Assembly (NCBI GenBank): GCA_002347855.1
Contig: DDYE01000017.1
Span: 271,685-335,684, forward strand
Length of the DNA stretch: 64,000 nt
Origin: Fidelibacterota bacterium UBA2242
Lineage (GTDB): Bacteria > Fidelibacterota > UBA2242
Reading direction: 5' to 3'
Position 1 is the first letter of the stretch, and each line of letters begins with the position of its first letter. A program made the translations under genes and the position numbers. The notes under the pieces were generated by a model. The model saw only the letters and a list, made by a program, of their open reading frames with translations, was not told the DNA's origin and made no database searches. Positions 20,199 to 29,367 of this stretch are shown piece after piece.

Positions 20199-21118
20199 TG
20201 GAAGCATCAATTACTCTTAAAAATGTCAGCAAGCATTTTCAAAAAACGTATCTTTTTAGCAATTTAAATCTGGGAATCGAGAAGGGCACGACCTTTGCCA
20301 TAGTTGGACGCAATGGCGCCGGAAAATCGGTTCTTCTTAAGTTACTATCTACCTGGATGACACCCGATGCCGGCTCGGTTTTTATCCTTGGCAAGGAAGT
20401 TAGTCAGGCAGTGAATGTATCCCGTTATATCGCCTATCTTCCGGATAGCGATTGCCATGACCCGTGGCAAACTGGCTGGAGTAATATCAAGTATCGGGCT
20501 GATTTAATTGGTCTGGATGAAAAAGATTTCAAAGATAAAGTTCTACCCCTCATTGAATTATTTAACCTGAACGAGAAATTAAACGACTATCCGGTCACTT
20601 ACTCGCGGGGTACGAAACGGTGTTTAAATCTGGTTTTGACTCTGATGAGTGACACTGAGATTTTGCTTTTAGATGAGCCTACCCTCGGATTGGATTACCA
20701 AAATCGCTGGGCATTACTGCAATATCTTTTGAAAATCAAAGAAGAAAAGACCATTGTCATTGCTTCCAATACTTTCACTGAGATTCATTCCATCGCCGAC
20801 CGCTGGATTGTGCTTGAAAAAGGAGTCGTCCGCTTTGATGGCACTGTTGCCAAAATGCTCAGCCAGATCGAAATTCCGTTTACTCTCGAACTCATGTTGC
20901 AAACACCAGATGAACAGGTTGCCCGGCGATTACGTCAATTGTCCAGTGTGCAGAATGTTAACGAATACGGCTTGATGGTGCGGGGTTCTGTTCGGAATAT
21001 CAATGACCTGCCGGATATTCTTAAGCAAATTGACCTTACAAATATTGCTGGTATAAATGGTCAGACCATGAGCGTCGAGGAATTTTTAAATCAATTGCTT
21101 TCTGATGAAGGAATATAA
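20198..21118 (+). CDS. ABC transporter ATP-binding protein (GTG start overlapping polA stop; tool ORF from TTG 20180)
   Basis: Walker A GRNGAGKS, signature-like YSRGTKRCL, Walker B ILLLDEPTLGLD. About 90-aa C-terminal extension. Confidence 0.8.
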   Translation: MEASITLKNVSKHFQKTYLFSNLNLGIEKGTTFAIVGRNGAGKSVLLKLLSTWMTPDAGSVFILGKEVSQAVNVSRYIAYLPDSDCHDPWQTGWSNIKYRADLIGLDEKDFKDKVLPLIELFNLNEKLNDYPVTYSRGTKRCLNLVLTLMSDTEILLLDEPTLGLDYQNRWALLQYLLKIKEEKTIVIASNTFTEIHSIADRWIVLEKGVVRFDGTVAKMLSQIEIPFTLELMLQTPDEQVARRLRQLSSVQNVNEYGLMVRGSVRNINDLPDILKQIDLTNIAGINGQTMSVEEFLNQLLSDEGI

Positions 21119-21121
21119 AGG

Positions 21122-21868
21122 ATGGGGGCAATTTGGTCACTGGTAAAAAATGATTTGCGTCTGAATATCAAGCAAATTATCTGGGGTATAATTATCGGAA
21201 TTTTGGGTACAGCTATTTTTTATTTAACCTTTGCTGAAGGGATGAACCTGTTATTGCCTCGCATCGAATATATTGATATCAAACTATATTTCGCTGCCAG
21301 TTTAATTATACTCACCGTCTGCGTGATGGCATTGATAGTTGCGCAAGCCGGCACTGCCCGCCAATTTTTCAGCGGGCAAATGGCAAACCTGCGTGCCGCA
21401 AATATCTCGGTGAGTAAGATATATGTCGGTAAGTCACTCGTCTATTTCTGCGAATCCCTTATCTATCTGGTTTTTATCACAGTTGAAATACTAATCATTA
21501 CAGGTATACATCTTTCTTGCGGGCGCTTACTTTTATTCTGGCTATTTTTGATTTTTGGAATTTACCTTGCCGTTCAGGTCGGGATGCTATTAGGAATGAT
21601 GACCAATTTGCGGTTTCAGTGGCTGATTCTTTTTCTGTTAATTTTGCCTTTGCTTTTTCTATCTGGTTTCATTGTCCCAACTCATTACTGGAATAGCACT
21701 CTTGCGTTCGTGATTTCCATCCTTCCCACAACCTGTTTAATTGAGAACGGAAGGTCAATTGGGGCTCGTCAACCTATTAATCCTTTCGGGTTGATTTATT
21801 TACTTACCCTCAATGTCGTCTTTGTTTTCGGTGGGGTATTTTTATTTAAAAGGAAATTGATGCGATGA
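21122..21868 (+). CDS. ABC-2 type transporter permease (six predicted TM helices)
   Basis: Hydrophobic 248-aa protein immediately after the ABC ATPase, same frame, separated by TAA. Confidence 0.55.
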   Translation: MGAIWSLVKNDLRLNIKQIIWGIIIGILGTAIFYLTFAEGMNLLLPRIEYIDIKLYFAASLIILTVCVMALIVAQAGTARQFFSGQMANLRAANISVSKIYVGKSLVYFCESLIYLVFITVEILIITGIHLSCGRLLLFWLFLIFGIYLAVQVGMLLGMMTNLRFQWLILFLLILPLLFLSGFIVPTHYWNSTLAFVISILPTTCLIENGRSIGARQPINPFGLIYLLTLNVVFVFGGVFLFKRKLMR

Positions 21869-22329
21869 GAGCCTATTTAGCCGGTGCAATTGAGCATTCT
21901 CCCGACCGTGGCAAAGCCTGGCGCGATGAGATGAATTTTTTTCTGCAGGAACAGTTACACCATTCCTGTTATAATCCTCTTATTGAAGAGTCAAAATATT
22001 TGAGTTTAGAAGAGCTCGCCACTTTTCGCAGTTATAAAGCCACGGATATAGAGCTTTTCCGTTCCTTAGTGCGTCGTCTGATTGATGGGGATTTAAATGC
22101 CTTGAATTCAAATATTGATTATGTCATCTGCTACTGGGATAAATATGCTATCAAAGGCGGCGGTACTTACGGCGAATTGACTTTTGCTTATTGGAAGAAA
22201 ATCCCGGTATATATGGTCACAGACCTGCCTCTGGCGACTATCAGCAGCTGGATTTTAGGCTGCACGACGCAAATCTTTTCGACCCTGGATGATTTAAAAG
22301 ACTTTTTGTTGAAGAAATATAAAAACTGA
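21865..22329 (+). CDS. Nucleoside 2-deoxyribosyltransferase-like (PF05014/Rcl-like) small protein
   Basis: N-terminal YLAGAIE and C-terminal GGGTYGELTFAYWKKIPVYMV resemble the kiYLAGp ... DsGTafElGyA..gKPV signature of the N-deoxyribosyltransferase/DNPH1 fold. ATGA overlap with the permease gene. Confidence 0.4.
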   Translation: MRAYLAGAIEHSPDRGKAWRDEMNFFLQEQLHHSCYNPLIEESKYLSLEELATFRSYKATDIELFRSLVRRLIDGDLNALNSNIDYVICYWDKYAIKGGGTYGELTFAYWKKIPVYMVTDLPLATISSWILGCTTQIFSTLDDLKDFLLKKYKN

Positions 22330-22343
22330 CCTTTTATTCCAAC

Positions 22344-23465
22344 ATGCCTACAATTCCCAATTACACTGTAGCTGAAATTAACTTAACCAATCTGCTGGAG
22401 AATTATCGCCTTATTCGTCAGCGGGTGGCGCCAGCAGAAGTGATGGCAGTTATCAAAGCCAATGCCTATGGGCACGGTGCGGTAGTGGTGGGGAAGACGC
22501 TGGCGGCAGCGGGCGCCAAATATTTTGCCGTCGCGCGTTTAAGCGAAGCGCTGGAATTAATCGAATCAGGATTAAATGGCACGATTTTGCTATTTGGTAG
22601 CCTTTTCCCCGACGAAATGGAAATTGCTCTAAAGTATGGCTGCCGCATAACGATAACCTGTCCCGAAGATATTCACCTTGTTAAGCAAATAGCCGGTCGG
22701 CTGGACATGACCGCGCAAGTGCATATTAAAGTTGATACCGGAATGGGACGGGTTGGTTTACTATGGGATTCGGCGCTGGAACACATAAAAACAGTTAGTA
22801 CTCAACCGGAACTTTTTATTGAAGGCATTTATACCCATTTTGCCACCGCTGATATGCGCGATAAAAGTTATGTGCACATCCAGCTTCAACGCTTTCAACA
22901 ATTGCTTACTGCTATCGAGCAGGCAGGCATTCGCGTCCCCTATTATCATGCTGCCAATAGTGGCGCCATTTTAGATTTACCGGAAGCCTATTTTAATATG
23001 GTACGACCAGGTATTGCGCTATATGGCCATTATCCCACGACCGATACCACCGAATCACTACCATTACGTCCGGTTATGACGCTACGTACGGTTGTCGCTC
23101 AGGTGAGGAAATTACCCGCCGGAGTGAGTATAAGTTATGGGCAGCGTTATTTTACCCGGCATGAGACAGCCATTGCCGTACTGCCCATTGGCTATGCGGA
23201 CGGCGTTTTCCGTAGTTTTAGCAACACGGGCAAGGTTATGATAAAAGGCAAATTCTATCCGATTGTCGGTACCGTGACGATGGATCAAATTATGGTGGAA
23301 ATCGGGGAAGATAATGTTCAGGTTGGAGATAAAGCATTTTTCTGGGGCGAGACTCCAGATGGAACTATCTCTGCCACGCAAGTTGCTGCTCAAATTGGGA
23401 CAATTGCATACGAACTCTGTTGTGCGGTTTCGCGCCGCGTACCGCGCATTTATCTCAATAAATAG
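22344..23465 (+). CDS. alr: Alanine racemase
   Basis: PLP site AVIKANAYGHG; typical length and C-terminal domain. Confidence 0.9.
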   Translation: MPTIPNYTVAEINLTNLLENYRLIRQRVAPAEVMAVIKANAYGHGAVVVGKTLAAAGAKYFAVARLSEALELIESGLNGTILLFGSLFPDEMEIALKYGCRITITCPEDIHLVKQIAGRLDMTAQVHIKVDTGMGRVGLLWDSALEHIKTVSTQPELFIEGIYTHFATADMRDKSYVHIQLQRFQQLLTAIEQAGIRVPYYHAANSGAILDLPEAYFNMVRPGIALYGHYPTTDTTESLPLRPVMTLRTVVAQVRKLPAGVSISYGQRYFTRHETAIAVLPIGYADGVFRSFSNTGKVMIKGKFYPIVGTVTMDQIMVEIGEDNVQVGDKAFFWGETPDGTISATQVAAQIGTIAYELCCAVSRRVPRIYLNK

Positions 23466-23474
23466 TCAATTGGA

Positions 23475-24143
23475 TTAGCCCAGGATTTCCCGCAAATCAG
23501 CAAATTTATCAATTAAAAAATCAGGATTTAAAACAGCTAACTCGGTAGCTGTGCGCATACCATAAGAAACCAGGCAGACTGGCATTTCTATTTGGCGGGC
23601 GGCAATGAGGTCTTTTTCGCTGTCGCCGACAAACAAAGCCTGATGTGACGGACAATCAAATTGCTGCAAAATAAATTTTAGTGGTTCGGGATTAGGTTTC
23701 CGCGTCGTCAGGGAATCGCCACCGAGAATGCAATCAAAATAGGAAGTCATTTTAAAGTGGTCTAAAATGCGGCGTGTGAAGTAGTAGGCTTTATTAGAAA
23801 TAACCGAAAGCCGGTAGTCATTAAGTACCGCTAAAGTAGCGGTGACTCCGGGATAGGGATGAGTGGTGCGTAATAGATTACGGTCATAAATCGTCCGGTA
23901 CTTTTTAACAGCCTGGCTGAGCAACTGTTGGTCGCAGCTCTTTTCGCTTGAAGCATATTCAATTGCGCGCCGTACCAGTGTCTCAATGCCATCACCAATA
24001 AAGCCTGCGACAACGGTGTATTCAATTGGTTCGAACCCGAAAAAGGCTAAAGTCTGATTGGTTGAAATGACGATATCCGGAGCGGTGTTACAAAGCGTCC
24101 CGTCCAGGTCAAATAATACAGTTTTAAAATTGTATTTCATCAC
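23475..24143 (-). CDS. HAD-superfamily hydrolase (phosphoglycolate phosphatase-like)
   Basis: VLFDLDGTL motif I, SNK motif, VGDSEKD motif; 222 aa. Confidence 0.7.
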   Translation of the reverse strand: MMKYNFKTVLFDLDGTLCNTAPDIVISTNQTLAFFGFEPIEYTVVAGFIGDGIETLVRRAIEYASSEKSCDQQLLSQAVKKYRTIYDRNLLRTTHPYPGVTATLAVLNDYRLSVISNKAYYFTRRILDHFKMTSYFDCILGGDSLTTRKPNPEPLKFILQQFDCPSHQALFVGDSEKDLIAARQIEMPVCLVSYGMRTATELAVLNPDFLIDKFADLREILG

Positions 24144-24353
24144 CTAAAATATAGATGAAGCCCGGCAATATCAAAATCGTTTTTTCAGAGTTTTTGATTT
24201 ATGGCAAGGTAAAATCTTTCCCGATTGTAAAAATATTTGTAAAAATTAGTATGGCAATGCTAAACTTGGCTTGATTTGAATTGCTAAGGTTTAGCGGGAA
24301 AATAGATTTGAAAATCTTCTTTAGTAAAGTAAATTTAACGGCTTTTTGAAAGG

Positions 24354-25040
24354 ATGAAGATGGGTATCGTAATTGCAATTGATGGTCCCGCCGGTGCTGG
24401 TAAAAGTTCTACCGCCCGAGAAGTCGCACGCCGGCTTGGTTTTACTTATGTGGATACCGGGGCAATGTATCGGGCTGTGACCTACCTTGTCCTGCAAAAT
24501 AAGGTGGATGTGCGTGATGAACAGGCGGTCATTCAGTTAGCTGCTCAAGCCGATATTCAATTTCAATGGCAGGCAGGTGAACTTCATACTTATTTAAATG
24601 GCAAAGATGTTAGTCGAGAAATTCGCTCAGCAGAAGTCGCCAATCTGGTCAGTCCTATCAGTGCCATAGGGGGTGTACGGGAGATAATGGTTGAACGGCA
24701 GCGCGAAATGGGTCGCTCAAGTAATATTGTTATGGAGGGGCGTGACATTGGTACACGTGTTTTTCCTGGCGCTGAATTTAAAATATATCTCGATGCAGAT
24801 GTTGCTACACGCGCTAAACGCCGCCTGAAGGACTATGAACAAATAGGTCAAGCCATCCCGCTGGAGCAAATTATGGCCGAAATCAAGCATCGTGACGAAA
24901 TTGATTCTTCACGTCAGCATTCACCACTCAAGCAAGCCGCGGATGCCATCGTGATTGATACGAGTAATTTGAGTTTTGAAGAACAAGTTGCTAAGATAAT
25001 TGCCTTAATAAGGCAGAAATATCCCGATAATAAGGATTAA
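24354..25040 (+). CDS. cmk: Cytidylate kinase
   Basis: IAIDGPAGAGKSSTAREVARRLGFTYVDTGAMYRAV is canonical Cmk. Followed by rpsA, a conserved synteny. Confidence 0.9.
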   Translation: MKMGIVIAIDGPAGAGKSSTAREVARRLGFTYVDTGAMYRAVTYLVLQNKVDVRDEQAVIQLAAQADIQFQWQAGELHTYLNGKDVSREIRSAEVANLVSPISAIGGVREIMVERQREMGRSSNIVMEGRDIGTRVFPGAEFKIYLDADVATRAKRRLKDYEQIGQAIPLEQIMAEIKHRDEIDSSRQHSPLKQAADAIVIDTSNLSFEEQVAKIIALIRQKYPDNKD

Positions 25041-25089
25041 GAGGTCTTGATCCGAGTAAACCCTAAACCCTAAACCAAAGGAAACTTGA

Positions 25090-27240
25090 ATGTTGGAAGA
25101 TGAACAGATGTTGAACCCTAAACCCTCTGAGGAGACAGAGGTTAATCCTGCTGAAAATCCCGAATCGACTTCTCCAGCCGTCGCGGATGACAGCGCTATC
25201 TCCGTCAATTTCAACACCGAAATTGTTGTCACTGGACCATTGACCGAGAGTGTCAGGGTAATTGATTTGAAAGATTTGGGCTCCTTGCCGGAGAGCCACG
25301 AGAAAGAAATTGAGGAGCAGAATCAGCTCTATCGAACAGCTTTAAAAGATGTTGCTAAGGATCAGCGTATTCTCGGCACCGTCGTCGCCATTAGTGAAAA
25401 TGAAATCATGGTTGATGTCGGTTTCAAGTCGGAAGGCGTTGTTTTGCGGGAAGAATTTGCCGAAGGAGAACTTCCCAAGATTGGTGATCAAATCGAGGTC
25501 TTTGTTGAAGTATTAGAAAATGAGAATGGACAAATGATTCTATCCAAACGCAAAGCCGACTTTATGCGCGTTTGGGAAAGAATTCGGGAGATTTATAACT
25601 CAGGGCAAATCATTGAAGGAAAAATTACTAGCCGTATCAAAGGCGGGATGGTCGTTGATGTCATGGGCATTGACGCTTTTTTACCAGGGTCACAAATTGA
25701 TATCCGACCGGTCAATGATTTCGATTCCTATGTCGGCAAAACCTTTGAATTTCGCATTGTCAAACTCAATGAGCTTCGTAAAAATATAGTCCTGAGTCGC
25801 AAGGAATTGCTGGAAGAAGCCATGAAAGGCAAACGCGACGATCTCCTCTCCCGCATTAAAGTTGGTGATGTCCTCACCGGACGGGTCAAAAATATTACTG
25901 ACTTCGGAGTATTTATCGACCTGGGCGGCTTAGACGGCTTACTCCACATTACCGATATTTCCTGGGGACGAATAAATCATCCCCGCGAGGTGGTGAGTCT
26001 TGATCAAGAACTGACGGTAAAGGTCATTGATTACGACCCGGAAAAGCAGCGCGTTTCGCTTGGTCTTAAGCAGCTCACGCCTCATCCGTGGGAAGGCATT
26101 GAGCAGAAATATCCCGTTGATTCAATTGTCAAGGGGAAGGTTGTTAACATTGCTAATTACGGCGTCTTTGTCGAATTAGAGAAAGGTGTCGAAGGGCTGA
26201 TTCATATTTCTGAAATCTCCTGGACTCAGCATATTAAACATCCTTCCGAAGTATTTTCGATTGGTGATGTCATCGAAGCCAAAGTTCTGGGCATTGATAG
26301 CACCGAAAGGAAAATTTCTTTGGGCTATAAACAGCTTGAGCCCGACCCATGGGACGCTATTGAACAGAATTTCAAAGTTGGCTCAATTCACAAAGGTGTC
26401 GTTCGCAACCTGACCTCCTATGGTGCTTTCGTTGAACTGCAGGAGGGTATCGACGGATTTGTGCATATTTCGGATATGTCTTGGACTAAGAAACTGCGCC
26501 ATCCGCGGGAGATGCTGAAGAAAGACCAGGAAGTTCAGGTCAAAGTGCTGGAAATCTCCAAAGAGAATCGCAAGATTAACCTCGGTATTAAACAAATTGA
26601 AGAAGATCCCTGGCCAATGATCGAAACTCTGTTCAGCGTCGATTCAATTGTCGAAGGTGAAGTCGTCAAGATTGCCGAAAAATTCATCGTGGTGAATCTG
26701 GAACATGACTTGGAAGGTATAGTTCCATTAGGACAAATGCCTAAGAAAGACCGCAAAGACCTCAGCAAAGCTGTCAAAGTCGGCGACAAAATGCAGCTCA
26801 AAGTGCTGGAAGTCAATCGCCATGAGAAAAAAATTGTCCTCTCGCGCGAACAAGCCATGCCCAAAGAGCCAAAGACTGAGGTTGAGGCTTTTATAATGCA
26901 GCAACCGCAACCGACCGACAAAATCGAAATTCCTACTGAGGTTATTGAAATGATTGCCCAGACGGAAACAGCCGCCCCCCCTACTGAATCCGAAACCGCT
27001 GAAGCTGCTCCGAAAAAGGCAAAGGCAAAAACTAAAAAAGCAAAAGAAGAGCCGGCACCTGAACCTGAAACTACAGAGAAACCTGCTAAGGCAACCAAAA
27101 CTACCAAGAAAAGTAGTAAAGCGACAACCGATGAAGAAAAAACCGAGAAGGCGGCTAAAACTGCTAAGAAAACTACCAGGTCTAAAACTAAAGTCGCTGA
27201 AGAATCTGCAGAATCAACTCCTGAGTCAGAACAATCTTAG
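25090..27240 (+). CDS. rpsA: 30S ribosomal protein S1 with acidic N-terminal and Lys/Ala/Glu-rich (histone-H1-like) C-terminal extensions
   Basis: Six S1 repeats, for example GTVVAISENEIMVDVGFKSEGVV and GRVKNITDFGVFIDLGGLDGLLHITDISW. About 100-aa N-terminal extension; about 130-aa C-terminal tail of KKAKAKTKKAKEE-type repeats. Confidence 0.9.
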   Translation: MLEDEQMLNPKPSEETEVNPAENPESTSPAVADDSAISVNFNTEIVVTGPLTESVRVIDLKDLGSLPESHEKEIEEQNQLYRTALKDVAKDQRILGTVVAISENEIMVDVGFKSEGVVLREEFAEGELPKIGDQIEVFVEVLENENGQMILSKRKADFMRVWERIREIYNSGQIIEGKITSRIKGGMVVDVMGIDAFLPGSQIDIRPVNDFDSYVGKTFEFRIVKLNELRKNIVLSRKELLEEAMKGKRDDLLSRIKVGDVLTGRVKNITDFGVFIDLGGLDGLLHITDISWGRINHPREVVSLDQELTVKVIDYDPEKQRVSLGLKQLTPHPWEGIEQKYPVDSIVKGKVVNIANYGVFVELEKGVEGLIHISEISWTQHIKHPSEVFSIGDVIEAKVLGIDSTERKISLGYKQLEPDPWDAIEQNFKVGSIHKGVVRNLTSYGAFVELQEGIDGFVHISDMSWTKKLRHPREMLKKDQEVQVKVLEISKENRKINLGIKQIEEDPWPMIETLFSVDSIVEGEVVKIAEKFIVVNLEHDLEGIVPLGQMPKKDRKDLSKAVKVGDKMQLKVLEVNRHEKKIVLSREQAMPKEPKTEVEAFIMQQPQPTDKIEIPTEVIEMIAQTETAAPPTESETAEAAPKKAKAKTKKAKEEPAPEPETTEKPAKATKTTKKSSKATTDEEKTEKAAKTAKKTTRSKTKVAEESAESTPESEQS

Positions 27241-27269
27241 TAGGATTAGATTGAAAGCGTATTTTAAAT

Positions 27270-27308
27270 GCATGGGGTTTGTTTTTCAGCAAGCCCCATG
27301 CTTATTTT
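27270..27308 (+). terminator. Rho-independent terminator after rpsA
   Basis: gcatggggtttg-tttttcag-caagccccatgc stem followed by ttatttt. Confidence 0.7.
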
Positions 27309-27419
27309 CAAAGTGTTATGCCGTTCAAATTAAGTGAAAGACAGCGCGCCTACAGTAAGAATTTAAAACTCAGTATCATTTTTCGGCGCATACAACTGTG
27401 GTGTAAGACTAATACTCAG

Positions 27420-28352
27420 ATGAAAATCTGGGTTTTCATCTTTACGATGATACTCTGGTTTTTCGTCGTGCTCAATAACCGTTACTCTTATACTTTCAAT
27501 GGAAAACTTGAAGTGCGCAATATCTCGGCAGGTAAAGTTCTTAAATCCCGCCTTCCGACGCGGGTGCAAGCCAATTTTTCCGGAAAGGGACTTGACCTTT
27601 TCATTCTATTATTTTCGCAACGCAGTGGACTGAAATTTATTGTTGACCTTGAAACCATCAAATGGCGGTATGATTTCCTGCTTGAAGATTATTTCCGTAA
27701 AAACAGTGAAAATGTCATCGTTCCGCGTGGTCTGGATGTCAGGCTGGAGCATATTGTCTGGCCAGAAAGTTTAAGGGTCGAATTGGATGTTGTGGGACAA
27801 GTTAGGTTTCCCGTTCAGGCTGATGTAGAATTGAATCTCGCCCCCGGTTATGTTTTGATAGACGCACCGGTAATAACTCCCGATAGCGTAAACGTATCTG
27901 GTCCTCAATCGGCTCTTCAGCAAATAGCAGTTATTCGCACTAAAAAAATGGCCTTTCGGAATGTTACCGCTTCAATCTCACGGGAAATAGAACTCCTTGT
28001 GCCTGAACTGGATAACTTGAAACTGGAAGTGCGCAAGATCCGTTTTCAACAAGAGGTTGACCAACTAAGTGAGCGTACCATCAATAATATCCCTGTCATA
28101 ATCACAGGCACTTCGCCAGGTATTAAAGTCGAAATAATCCCCTCGACAGTTGCGCTTACCGTGACCGGCGGACTTTCCGTTCTCAGGAAACTCAAACCGG
28201 AAGATATCAGCCTGACATTCGATATAATTAAAGACTGGAAAGGCAGCGAAGCGTTCTATACTCCTCATATCACTTTGCCTGCTGGAGTAATTTCCTATTC
28301 TCATCTAACACCCGAAAAAATCGAAGTTCGCATCATCCGCGAAAGATTTTAA
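27420..28352 (+). CDS. YbbR-like repeat protein (N-terminal TM anchor; CdaR-like architecture)
   Basis: Start at MKIWVFIFTMILWFFVV (TM), followed by three or four beta-rich repeats with PxxVxVxG-type patterns (VELNLAPGYVLIDAPVITPDSVNVSGP; TGTSPGIKVEIIPSTVALTVTGG). No cdaA neighbour. Confidence 0.45.
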   Translation: MKIWVFIFTMILWFFVVLNNRYSYTFNGKLEVRNISAGKVLKSRLPTRVQANFSGKGLDLFILLFSQRSGLKFIVDLETIKWRYDFLLEDYFRKNSENVIVPRGLDVRLEHIVWPESLRVELDVVGQVRFPVQADVELNLAPGYVLIDAPVITPDSVNVSGPQSALQQIAVIRTKKMAFRNVTASISREIELLVPELDNLKLEVRKIRFQQEVDQLSERTINNIPVIITGTSPGIKVEIIPSTVALTVTGGLSVLRKLKPEDISLTFDIIKDWKGSEAFYTPHITLPAGVISYSHLTPEKIEVRIIRERF

Positions 28353-28353
28353 C

Positions 28354-29367
28354 ATGTATATCCTTGGCATTGAAACCTCTTGCGATGAAACCAGTGTCGC
28401 AATTCTCCAGGATAATGAGGTCTTGACAAATCTCGTTGCTACCCAGTATTTTCATCAAAAATTCGGCGGGGTTGTGCCGGAATATGCTTCCCGGGAGCAT
28501 TTGCGCATCATTTCCGGGATGGTTGAACAAGCCCTTGTTGAAACTCATCTGAATATCCAGCTGATTGATGCCATAGCAGTAACTTACGGACCGGGATTGA
28601 TGGGAGCATTATTAGTCGGTCTTCATTTTGCCAAAGGATTAGCCTTTGCAACGGGGAAGCCACTCCTTGCCGTGAATCATGTTGAGGGGCATATAGTAGC
28701 AAATTTCCTCGAAATGCAGGGATTGCAATATCCGTTTTTGTGCCTTTTAGTCTCGGGTGGGCATACTCAGATTATCAATGTCCTCGATTTCGGGCATTAT
28801 AAGATTTATGGACGTAGTATAGACGATGCTGCCGGAGAAGCCTTTGACAAAGCTGCTCGAATTCTGGGATTATCTTTTCCCGGTGGTCCTCAGATTGATA
28901 AATTAGCTCAAAATGGTAATCCATCTTTCTATTATTTCCCCCGTGCACATGTAAGAAGTGATAGCGCGGATTTCAGTTTTAGTGGCTTGAAAACTGCCTT
29001 GCTTTATCTCGTCCGTAAACATGATACCAATTGGGTGCAAGAACATCTAACAGATTTGTGCGCATCATACCAGGAATCAATCGTCGATGTCCTCAAAACG
29101 AATACTTTTTCTGTCGCTGAGAAAATCCACGCGCGCCGATTAGTTCTGGCTGGTGGTGTGGCAGCCAATTCTCGTCTGCGAACTGTATTTCGTCAGACTG
29201 CAATGGCTTACGGTATTCAATTATTCTTTCCACCACTCAAATATTGCACCGATAATGCCGCCATGATCGCTAGAACAGGTTACGAAATGTTCCAACGCCA
29301 GATGTTTGCGCCACTTGCAGTGACCGCCGTCCCAAATCTGCGTATTCCAGAAAAAACTGATGACTAA
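28354..29367 (+). CDS. tsaD: tRNA N6-adenosine threonylcarbamoyltransferase TsaD
   Basis: MYILGIETSCDETSVAI...GGVAANSRLR, canonical Kae1/TsaD motifs. Confidence 0.9.
   Translation: MYILGIETSCDETSVAILQDNEVLTNLVATQYFHQKFGGVVPEYASREHLRIISGMVEQALVETHLNIQLIDAIAVTYGPGLMGALLVGLHFAKGLAFATGKPLLAVNHVEGHIVANFLEMQGLQYPFLCLLVSGGHTQIINVLDFGHYKIYGRSIDDAAGEAFDKAARILGLSFPGGPQIDKLAQNGNPSFYYFPRAHVRSDSADFSFSGLKTALLYLVRKHDTNWVQEHLTDLCASYQESIVDVLKTNTFSVAEKIHARRLVLAGGVAANSRLRTVFRQTAMAYGIQLFFPPLKYCTDNAAMIARTGYEMFQRQMFAPLAVTAVPNLRIPEKTDD

Noticed and set aside
20180-21868. Adjacent same-frame ORF pairs (ABC ATPase/permease; acetyltransferase/epimerase at 46709-48364) as possible UGA-recoded selenoprotein genes, given the nearby tRNA-Sec
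   Set aside because: The separating stop codons are TAA, not TGA, and the flanking proteins are complete independent domains.
25050-25080. Telomere-like aaaccctaaaccctaaacc repeat between cmk and rpsA
   Set aside because: Only two and a half units; falls in the rpsA leader/N-terminal region; no array.
26535-27337. Long minus-strand ORF (190 aa) and alternate-frame Lys/Arg/Pro-rich ORF (127 aa) overlapping the 3' end of rpsA
   Set aside because: Artefacts of the low-complexity lysine/alanine-codon repeats in the S1 C-terminal tail; no RBS or independent signal.
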